DNA of 64,000 bases. It comes from Eledone cirrhosa. Lineage: Eukaryota. The DNA lies in NCBI GenBank assembly GCA_964016885.1, contig OZ024747.1:81530001-81594000 (forward strand), given 5' to 3'. Below, piece after piece: positions 53,206-64,000 of this stretch. The first letter of the stretch is position 1. Every line of letters starts with the position of its first letter. The position numbers and the translations under genes were made by a program. The notes below the pieces were generated by a model that saw nothing but the letters and a program-made list of their open reading frames with translations, had not been told where the DNA came from and ran no database searches.

Positions 53206-54680
53206 TACACATACACACACATAAAAATGCATATACTAAGCAAACTGAAAGGGTTATACTCTTGCACATATAAGTGAAAAATATAAATACATGTTGGAAG
53301 AATATTTCAGTTGTTTAATCTACTGAACTAACTACTCATTGCATTATTGTCTTAATGATTATGTATTCCATAGATAAACGTACCTTAGCTGTCCTGTATC
53401 ACATGAGACTGCATTAGCAAGACATTCTTGAGAAGTACAAAACAGTACTACGACTTTACACTAATATCGCAAATTTTCACAATAATCTCTTCACTACTAA
53501 AGTAACTAAATATTTGAATTAAAACCTAAATTATATTTAAATATTTTGGGATAAATCAGAGGATATTAAAAGTTCACATAATTTTCAATCAAAATCTATG
53601 TGACACAGTTGGCCTTCAAATTACAGGAACAATTCCTCTGCTGGTCTTCCACACACTATCCATATTCACAATATTAATTAGAAGGCTTGGATTGACCCAT
53701 TATCTATGCTAAAAGATACTGATTGCTCGAAGATGCCACTCAGTGGTTTTGAATCTTGGAACACCTAGCCACAAAGCCATACATATGTGTGTACATACAC
53801 CCTATCTGATCCCTGCATAGAAATCCATCACTTTCTTTCTGTTTGTCTGTATGTGTATATCATCAACAATAACATCATTATGTGTGTGTGAAAGTATGTG
53901 TGTGTGTGTGTGTATAAATATAAATATCTATACATATTCATAAGTAAATGTGTCTCTGTGCATGAAGCTGTATGTATCCAAGAGTTTACATACTCAGGTA
54001 AACACATATGGATGTATGGTGAGAATTTACCCCGTGTATGGAGATCAAAATCCATATGAGTGTGTATGTGCGTGCATGTGTGTGTGTGAATATGCAAATT
54101 CATGCACACACATGCATACACTTATATATTCTGACATGCTATACAATACCAGTTGATTAGCAACTATGCAGATCAAAGCTAAATAGAACTATTGATCTTA
54201 GTTTTAACTGTCACATTTACATATTGGAAACACGGTCGACATAAATAGCATAAATCATATTAAAGTTTACAATTTAAAAGAATGGAAAAATGAAATAAAA
54301 CACACATGAATACACTTTCTTTCTTACACACAAAAGAATATACATATATACACGCACACATACATGAATACATGAATACATACATGAATACATTCACACA
54401 CACACAGACCTCACTTCTATCGACATATTCTGTAATATATCATTCTTTAAAATACAATACAGAAATAGATTTGTTTCATCATCCTGTACTTTTCTCTCTT
54501 CCTCCTCTTGATCTTGCCTCCACATACATTGAGCTGATATTGCAACATTGCTCCATCCTTACATAAGGAAAACAATAGAAATATAGCTGGTTCTTCACAT
54601 ACTTTTCAAAGTTATTCTTCTTGAATATTAATATAATCTCAACTAGTACTCAAAGAAGAATGTTTAAAAGAATGTTCTCT

Positions 54681-54752
<72 letters not shown>

Positions 54753-54854
54753 ATTAGAATTTATTTCTCGCCCTAGCACAGCTGATACGTAAATGTAAGT
54801 ATGCACACATATACATATATATATATATATATATATAAAATTTCAGGTTATGTG

Positions 54855-54896
<42 letters not shown>

Positions 54897-55052
54897 CACA
54901 CACATATACACATATACATATGTACATATGGGTTATATTGAACATTAATAATAATGTTCGATTCGTTTGTAAACAAATAGCCTGATTTGAAGCTGTGCTG
55001 TGCTGGTGACCGATCGTCACCTGTTTGTTCAACACTGGCTTTGAGGTACAAT

Positions 55053-55123
<71 letters not shown>

Positions 55124-55268
55124 GAGGTTATATTTAATTTGTTGGGATACAACCAGCTTAAAAATATTTTTATAACTGATATAAAGCACTCAACAAATTA
55201 TTGGAGTAAATATACAATATATTAACAAATGGAAACTATATTTATAAAACCATATTTATTTTATTATA

Positions 55269-55387
55269 ATTGTTTCTACTTTAGGCACAAGGCCAGCAAT
55301 TATCTCAGTGTATTACTGGTACTTTATTTTATCGACCCCGTAAGGATGAAAGGCAAAGTTAACCTCAGCGGGATTTGAACTCAGACC
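55269..55387 (-). mobile_element. 5'-truncated SINE family A
   Basis: Reverse complement of the family A tail, core and B box. Other fragments at about 49743, 52815 and 60018. Confidence 0.75.
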
Positions 55388-55523
55388 AATAATGATATAT
55401 ATATATATGCACGTTTATGGACTCAAATGCCCACTCACACACAAATATATGTATGCATGTACATAGACACATTGTCATCATTTTATGTTCCCTTTCCATG
55501 CCCCTCCCAGCATACACACATAC

Positions 55524-55584
<61 letters not shown>

Positions 55585-55699
55585 ATGAGAAGGATGAAAA
55601 GAATGTAGGATGTTACTGCCATCTCTGAAGTAGCACTCCTTGATATTCAGCAAAACAATATGTAGGAAATACATGGCGTTTACCCAATGTGTACTATAG

Positions 55700-56010
55700 G
55701 TACTCAAGAGATGGTGTGGGATGATAATTACCCTGTCAAAGAAGGCGTTATATGTGACAGCTCTATTCTTTGAAATGCTCAGAAGTTTCATAAGTGATAC
55801 AATTAACAGTGGAGGCAGGTGTTCTGAAATCATAGTTGCTATAGTAAATATTAAATTGTATGATGCTTATGTCCAGACTATGATGTTGTATGGTAGCTAA
55901 ACTAGAACACTGAATATAGAGAATGTGTGAAGGCCAGAGGAAAGGAATGTGGCAAGCCTCCTCTACTAAATGTGTAATGTTAATGTACATAAATGACAGA
56001 CGACATTTGG
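55700..56010 (+). mobile_element. highly degenerate RTE fragment
   Basis: LYDAYVQTMMLYGS*TRTL resembles LYDASVRSAMLYGSETW of the RTE at 47247. Confidence 0.5.
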
Positions 56011-56544
56011 TCTAAGAGACTGTTTTCACTTCTGATTTTCCAAGTTATTGATGAGGAAACAAAGAAACAAACACATCTGATGAGAGGTTTCCAAAGCGAG
56101 CTTCTGATTGAATATCAACAACTTATCAAACATGGCTCAAAGACTGCAATTCTTTGTTAATTAATGTAATTTGATTTCATGGAATTCTTTCTTGCTATTC
56201 AATCTATGTATCTATAAACATATCACTTCGCTATTCTAAGATACTGTCCACTTCCCCATCTACATAGATATGTCATCTAATTACACATATAACTATCAAC
56301 TCTTCGATGGCTATCATATCTAATCTATCTGTCTATTGATCTATCAATTGTACAGCTATCCTTCTCTCTATAAATCTATCAATTGACTTATCAATCTCTT
56401 GTATAGTTCTTTATCTATCTATGTATCTATCTATACATACATCTATACATACATCTTCCTATCTACTCCTATCATTTCATATATGTATATTAAAACTTCA
56501 ACCACCAACAGGGCTTCTATTGTCTATTATATTATTTTGAACTG

Positions 56545-56750
56545 CAGTGGATTGGCAGTATTGGTAGAGTGTCAGACAACATGCTTTGCAGCATGGAGTT
56601 ACAGCCCTTTAGGGTCTGAGTTCAAATCCTGCCACGGTTAGCTTTGCCTTTCATCCTTATGGGGTTGAAAAAATAAAGGATCAGTAATGCACTGGGGTCA
56701 ATTTAATTGACTTTCCTCTCCCCTCAAATTGTACCTTAATCAGAAATCAT
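56545..56750 (+). mobile_element. SINE family A variant (older)
   Basis: A box, B box and core present; 18-bp TSD ATATTATTTTGAACTGCA at 56529-56546 and 56749-56766. Confidence 0.8.
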
Positions 56751-56772
56751 ATTATTTTGAACTGCACCAACA

Positions 56773-56959
56773 TAATTGTTTCTACTTTAGGCACAAGGCC
56801 AGCAATTACCCAGTGCATTACTGGTACTTTATTTTATCGACCCCGTAAGGATGAAAGGCAAAGTCAACCTTGGCGGGATTTGAACTCAGATCGTAAAGGG
56901 ACGTAACTATGCTGGAAAGCATGGCGTCCGACCCTCTACTGATACTGCCAATCCACCGC
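56773..56959 (-). mobile_element. SINE family A, young
   Basis: Almost identical to the reverse complement of 20-207; TSD ACCAACATAAT at 56766-56776 and 56961-56971. Confidence 0.88.
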
Positions 56960-57209
56960 AACCAACATAATACATACAATATATACATGTTACTTGAGTT
57001 ATACCAACGTATCCCATCTTGATAGAACTGTAGGGGTAGAATAGTGACAGACAGAAATTTAATCCCAGTAACTAGATCATATTTAATTTATGCTGAATAG
57101 ATGAAATACAAAGATGATCTCAACAGGATTTGAAATCAGAGCACAAGGAACTGAAATACATATCTGATGTTCTAATGTCTCTGCTATTTCACAGCCTTTT
57201 TACACAGCA

Positions 57210-57392
57210 TTTGGCAGTATCGGTAGAGGGTCGGACGCCATGCTTTGACACATAGAGTTACGGCCCTTGCCATTCTGAGTTCAAATCCCGTCGAGGTTAA
57301 CTTTGCTTTTCATCCTTACAGGGTCGATAAAATAAAGTACCAGTAATGCACTGGTTAATTGCTGGCCTTGTGCCAAAAGTAGAAACAGTTAT
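57210..57392 (+). mobile_element. SINE family A
   Basis: Very similar to 16061-16250. Confidence 0.82.
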
Positions 57393-57546
57393 AATCATTA
57401 TACGCACGCGCACACGTGTGTGTGTGTGTGAAGTATTATGCCAATATATACTGGGTAAAATATTACTTTGTTTTGTTTCATTTGTCATCATTTGTCCTTT
57501 ATATATATATATAAATAAATATATATAAATATATACATATAGATAT

Positions 57547-57591
<45 letters not shown>

Positions 57592-57612
57592 CATATATAT
57601 ATATATATATAT

Positions 57613-57930
57613 CTATCTAAGGCGGGTAAATTCCCGAGATCCATAGACGAGTTCTATCCAGCGGTCTCTGTCCCTCATTATCGCTGCCATGTCCTGCGTC
57701 TCCAACAGACCAGTGTCTGTCCTTAGGGCATCAACATACGTTAACCTTGATCTTCCTCTTCTAGTGTGTCCATGTAGGGGCTCCCAAAGGAGCACTGAGT
57801 GCAATGTCAACTCATACACTGAGGATGAAAAACTCAGAGCTGTATGGGAGCATCCCAAAAGTCAGCTCAAAAGTGACACAGAGGAGACTGAGGTTAGCTG
57901 GACATGCCCACCGACATCCAGAGTTGACAT
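57613..57930. mobile_element. LINE (RTE-like) 3' fragment with 5' inversion
   Basis: Plus strand 57816-57929 reads TLRMKNSELYGSIPKVSSKVTQRRLRLAGHAHRHPELT. Minus strand 57813-57613 reads ELTLHSVLLWEPLHGHTRRGRSRLTYVDALRTDTGL..MRDRDRW..LR*. Confidence 0.8.
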
Positions 57931-58118
57931 ATATATATATAAATACATTTATATATATATAAATACATATATATATAAATACATATATATATATATATAT
58001 AAATAGATATATATATATATTTACTGGTTCCTATTACCCACTCTACTACCTCAAGTATTGAGTACTTTGGTGCGTTATGGTCCACCTGGTTCCTTACCAC
58101 ATTTCCTTCGTTATATAA

Positions 58119-58159
<41 letters not shown>

Positions 58160-58160
<1 letters not shown>

Positions 58161-58760
58161 CGACAAAGCATAAATGAATTGAGAGAGAGACTGAGCATAA
58201 GAGGAATCAAATGCTGTGTGCAGGAGAGGCGGTTGCGTTGGTATGGACATGTGATGCGTATGAAGGATGACAGCTGCATAAAAAGGTGCAGAGCACTAGA
58301 AGTCGATGGAAACCGCGGAGTGGGGAGACCCAAGATGACCTGGGATGAGGTGATAAAAGCCGACCTTACCCAATTCCACCTCTGAAAGGCGATGACACAC
58401 GACCGTGACCTCTGGCATTACGCAGTAATACAGGGTACCCGACCTCCCATGGGTACAAGCTGAAGTATATAGACAATATGCCCCCACACACCCCACTGCA
58501 AGGTGGTCGTGGAGGTGCCACGGCAAAAAAAAGCACCCAGCCCACACTGTAAAGTGGACGTGTAGGCGCCACGAAAAAGCACCCAGCACTCACTGTAAAT
58601 GAGGTTGGTGTTAGGAAGGGCATCCAGCTGTAGAAATCAAGCCAAATCAGTTCCTGTATGAGCAAGGCATGGTCAACCGACCAGACACTGCCCACAACAG
58701 GACAACCCGTCTAACCCATGCTAGCGTGGAAGAACGGACGTAAAATGATGATGATGATGA
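58160..58760 (+). mobile_element. composite RTE/SINE-core element, second long copy
   Basis: Colinear and highly similar to 49080-49684; sits inside an ATAAATACATATAT microsatellite. Confidence 0.85.
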
Positions 58761-58793
58761 TATATATAAATACATATATATATATATATATAA

Positions 58794-58828
<35 letters not shown>

Positions 58829-58829
58829 C

Positions 58830-58860
<31 letters not shown>

Positions 58861-59089
58861 CATATATATATATATATAAATAAATACATATATATATATA
58901 AATAAATACATATATATATAAATAAATAAATACATATATATATAAATAAATAAATATATATATAAATAAATAAATATATATATAAATAAATACATATATA
59001 TATAAATAAATACATATATATATAAATAAATACATATATATATAAATAAATACATATATATATAAATAAATACATATATATATAAATAA

Positions 59090-59141
<52 letters not shown>
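58761..59141. repeat. AT-rich minisatellite (~20-bp TATAAATAAATACATATATA)
   Basis: Seen directly. Confidence 0.9.
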
Positions 59142-59142
<1 letters not shown>

Positions 59143-60738
59143 CTTAATTTTAATAAAACTAGGCATTCAAATGTATCAAAAAATTAGGAAAAAATAATCA
59201 AAAATTAAAAATTAAAAAAATTAAAAATCACTCAAATTTCTAACACATTTTCTATTGCTTATTTTTTAATTCCTTTCTCTTTTCTTTTATCAATCAGTCA
59301 ACATGTGAGAATTCCAGATTAATTATGCTGACTATTATCAGCATATCTTAGAATAGAAATAGAAAAATATGCTGCATTTAAGATAGTGAAAGGACATTGG
59401 AATTTCAAATGCTTACTATGTTTTTTATTAAGTTTTACTTTTATTATTATATTTATAAAAAAAAAATTAATTCTTATTTTATTGGCTGATTATACAACTA
59501 TTGAATTACTATGGATAATATATATTATCCAAAATCATTTGTTATCTAACTGTTTTTGTCCACATTTTTATATAAAATATTTTCCTACTACAGAAAATAT
59601 ACCTTGATCATCTAATTATCTAACTTAGTCCAACACACTTTCAACTATCCCCATCTGATAATGAACATGCAACAAAATTCAAGGAATGTTCCAAATGTAT
59701 ACAAAAAGCAAACGATTGCTTTTAACTGTTTTAAGTTTATTTTTCCATGTTAAAATGGATGTGATATATGTAGCTTGAAAAATATAATGGATAGTTCTAT
59801 ATATCTGAACATTTTATTTTTTCTTGAAGGTCTTGCCTAGTGCTAACCATGAATGAAGAATAGAATTTGTTGTCAATCAGACACTCAAAAGCCATCAATA
59901 TTAACAGCGTCAACAAAGGGCAAAATACATTGTTTAACTCTTAATATCTTGTAATGATTTAGTAGAAAATACCTAAAAAAAAACAGGCTTTTTTATTCAA
60001 ATGTTTATAGTATCTATAATTGTTTCTACTTTTTGGCACAAGGCCAGCAATTACCCAGTGCATTACTGGTACTTTATAATAATGGACAGATGATTTTAAA
60101 AATTGCTGTAAACTTTTACTTTTAATACAGTGTAGGTAGTCTTAGTGCTATTTTGAGTACCTTATTAATGCAGTCTCATATGGTACAAAACATTAAAATT
60201 TTACTCTTAACTACAAACATCTTAACCCCCATCCCTACTGAAGTTTATGTTGAGTAATCTAAATATTTGTCTGCTCATTAGAGTATGGATACTATATTTG
60301 TGCAGGCAATTTATATATTTGTGCAGACATTAACGTGTTTATTTTATAGCCACGTGGATTTAGTTTCACTCCCTGCTGTATGGCAACTTAGGTATTTATC
60401 TTCTACTATAGTCTCAGGTTGTTCAATGCCTTTTGCATGAAATTTGGTAGATGAAAACTGTTTATGTCTCCAAAGTAGTTCATCAGAAAAAGATTGATAA
60501 AGTAAATACCTGACTTAAAAAAATAAGTACAGGGGATTGGTCAGTACACTTGACTAAATCCCATCAAGACAGTGCTATAGCATGGCCACAGTCCAATGAT
60601 AAACCAGTAAAGGGTGAAACAATAAATAATGGAATGCACTATCAGCGAAACATAATGAGGCAAGATATATTAAGAGCCCAGTCAAAGGCCACAATATATT
60701 AGGGTTTAGTAAGATTTCATCTCATGACTTTGAGAACC

Positions 60739-60945
60739 TTAACTATTTTGATACCAAACTATCTGAAAGCATACCTGGTTCTATGATAAAAGCTGTTTAT
60801 ATTAAAATGTTTATATCTATCTAAAAACCTTCCATCATAATTTTATGTATGAAGCTTCATTAAGTTTGATTATATTCACCAATTCAATAATGAACAACTT
60901 ATTTATAACACTAAATCCCTCCAAATATGGTAATGAAAGGGTTAA
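60739..60945 (-). mobile_element. TTAA-flanked MITE family 2, reverse orientation
   Basis: TTAACTATTTTGATACC ... ATATGGTAATGAAAGGG-TTAA. Confidence 0.5.
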
Positions 60946-63569
60946 GCTCATCACCAGTAAATCTTTATATTGAGTACTCTAAATATTGATGTTACTTGTA
61001 AAAATATCTTTACTATGTTTCTGTACATGCTGTAATATCTTCCCATTAATTCTTCCTTATCAATTTATCCACTATTCAACACTAATTTGGGGGAGAATAG
61101 AATATTATCTTTCAAAGAATCAGACATCCAGTCGATGAAGCAAATTAAATAAAACTGGATATAAAACAGTGTTCACACCACATGAAAACTGCCAACAGCT
61201 AAACACAAAGTAAGTGACTGAAACCTTCACTAGTCTAAGTTTAAACTGTGTTATGTTAGATAAAGACACGGTTCAGTGTGTACACATGTTGACAACATCA
61301 CAAATATATTTCTGCTAAAGATTTAAAATTGAAACTGAAGTTTCAGAAGATATTCTAATTACTTTTGAATGCCAACTCCTCAAGAGACAAGTAACTAGCA
61401 ATAAAACTCTGGCTATGGAACAATAACTCACATACACTGTCATACATATACCTTAATATATAAAACAGTGAAAATTCTCATATATATATATATTATTTGA
61501 ATACTATGTGTAGTACACCATTTGGGACATTTTTAGCAGATTCCCACCAACAGCTGTCAATCACATGATATGCTATGTAATGGGCTGCATGCTGTTATAT
61601 CTTTAATATTCAGTCAGGAAGAGAAGGGCGGCCTTCATGGCCCTTTATTTTGTCAGGAACTCTGAGACTGGTGAGAAGGGCCTGACTTGAACCCTTTCAA
61701 CAAAATGAACTCTATTAAAGACACCTGTGTGAAACAATGAGCTTAAAACTACATAATCAGTCATAGGCTTTCTGAAATATTTGGTGTATAATTCCTAAGA
61801 TATCATTCTGCAGCAAGACTAAATTTATTTTAAGCCTGTAAATACTTTAAACAAATATGCTTTCATGTAGAGAATATATATACACTCAGAGATGCACACA
61901 TACACTCCCACTACCACCACAATTCTTAAGCTAAAACCGTTTACCCCCCCCCCCCCCCCCCCGTAACACAATTTTCTATTACCCTACTTTTTAAATAATG
62001 TTCAAACAAACTTGCCCCCTCCCCTCCTAATTACCATGTTCTATTTTCCTCTATGCCTCTCTCACATTCCATATTCTTTTCATGCTGATGAAAGACTAAC
62101 ATCCAAAATGTAGAAAACAAAGAGATTCATTTATTTTTAAACAAACTGATTTGAGATCTTGAGCAAACAAATTATTTAACATTTGGCATTTATAAAACAT
62201 AGATTTATATTTTAGTTTTTCAGCTATGACTCTAAATTCTCTTTTCTTCTGATGTAGTAGAGGTTAAGGTTTTAAATTTTGTACTTTCCTAATTTCTCCA
62301 TGTTTTTCCAGTGTTTTGTGAATGCTTTATCCATATTACAGATCATAAATACTAGAAACTATGAAATGTTTCTTTGCGGGAATGAAATTATATGTTTATA
62401 AGTTACAAACCTACCTTGGTCCAATATATTTGATGTATCTTAATTATGTAGCTTCAGCTCCTTGCGATAAATTAACAAAATCATTGTTGACACCGAGAAC
62501 AGGAAATTTAGAGCCTTGTACAGCATATATACATACCATGACTGAATACCTTTTAAGTAATCTGCTATTATTTCATTTACTATATCCAAGTCTAGGTTGA
62601 AAATCTTTTACATTTGTGTGACTTTGTGTGTGTGTGTATATTTATGTATGTATGTATGTTCGCATGTATATATGTATGTATGTTTGTGGGAATTTATGTC
62701 CATAATTCGTGTATTTTGAAAGTATTTCTTGTATTTAATAAAGGCATTTTCCCTGCCATTTTTAGTGAGATTTATGCCTATGTAAGAAATCATTATTTTC
62801 ATTATTGTTATTAAATTATGTAGCTGTAGTTATTTTTCATAGTCATCATGGTTTTTCTGTATTAATAACAAATATATAATCATGTAGTGCAATATGTTAT
62901 GTTTTCTCTTTTCAAATCAAATACTTCAAGATTTATTACATTTGTAACAGTGGACAATTTTCTTTGTTTATGTTTTCTATTAAATATCACTAAATCTAGA
63001 GTGGATGATTAGAAATGTAGGATATTATTATTTAATGGTCCTATGCAATATTTGCAATCAAATTTAATTGGTTTTCGATATGAGTTAGGCTACTGGCTGA
63101 TATGAATATATTTTGTTTTTGAAGTGAATCTATTGGGTTGTTTAGTTGTTAGAAATTACACATTTACTAGCTATACTGAAATGCCACTAGCATCTCTAGT
63201 AAATATGAAGTACTAATATTACTTCTCAGGTGAGCATTTAGCATTAAAAAGTAGCTTTTAGCAAAAAAATAATAATTAAAATCTTGCTTCAAAACATCAT
63301 ATATATGCAAATAGATAGAACTTGGTAAAGCTATTCAACCTCTACTATAAAATGGAATATCAGAGTAAAACTTTCAAGGAAAATGTATTACCCAGCTATC
63401 TGCATCAAAATGTTGTTTGTATTGAGCAAATCTATGACGCAAAAGTCATCATTATCCTATTTCAAGCCTGTTTCTCTATGCTAGAATGGGTTGGAGAGTA
63501 AGTGATCAAATACTCTTGAATGACCTTCATCACAAGTGTGCATATTATGCATACAATATCATGCAGCAT

Positions 63570-63807
63570 TTAACCTTTTCATGACTATTTCTAATTAAAT
63601 AATTTCTATTTCAATCGAGTCAAGAAGCATTTTGGGCAATTTATTCAAATCATTATTTATTTCATTACTAATGTATTAACTTAACATATGGTTCTTATCT
63701 AAAATTATGTTGGAGGTTTTGAATTTAAATAGGAACTTTTTAAAATTGTTGATTTCATTTCAGAGAACCAGAACCAATTTTGGGAGGGTTAGTACTAAAA
63801 GTGTTAA
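63570..63807 (+). mobile_element. TTAA-flanked MITE family 2
   Basis: TTAACCTTTTCATGACTATTTCT ... GTACTAAAAGTG-TTAA; similar to the copies at 14670 and 2897. Confidence 0.5.
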
Positions 63808-64000
63808 TAACATATATTTCACTAGATTCTGAACATGAGCCGGCTAGTTTGATGTCCACTTGATATATGTAGTAATTGATGTAAGGGCTGAATTTTTTTT
63901 ATTAATTTACTCACATCAAGCAAGGCAATAAAATCACTAAAATGAAAGGGGTTACTGCGAAAGAAAAAGAAAAAGAGAGAGAGAGATTATAATTCAAGGA

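Noticed and set aside
58021-58112. ~90-bp unique island between AT microsatellites
   Set aside because: No recognisable motif, splice pair or second copy in the window.
61944-61962. Poly-C run (G-quadruplex potential on the minus strand)
   Set aside because: An isolated homopolymer with no supporting context.

Overview
This is eukaryotic, AT-rich, repeat-dense DNA. The SINE/RTE repertoire and the (TA)n/(CA)n load suggest a mollusc, probably a coleoid cephalopod such as Octopus (inference). Only one host coding exon is well supported: a 180-bp, phase 1-1 Sushi/CCP-domain exon on the minus strand (13122-13301). The dominant feature is a ~25.5-kb purine-rich minisatellite (17609-43139, about 1,060 copies of GATGGTGAACAGAATGAGGAGGAA). 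It has nested higher-order repeats and a 21-bp variant at its right edge, and it follows an RTE 3' fragment and a 200-N gap. It produces all the giant ORFs in the track, which are probably not genes. The flanks are a mosaic of tRNA-derived SINEs with target-site duplications (TSDs), RTE, CR1, CRE and R4/Dong non-LTR fragments, TTAA-type and hAT-type MITEs, and a cluster of long palindromes. They also hold a recurring RTE-plus-SINE-core composite element and a LINE fragment with twin-priming-type 5' inversion geometry. Family names come from motif recognition by eye; no database search was run.
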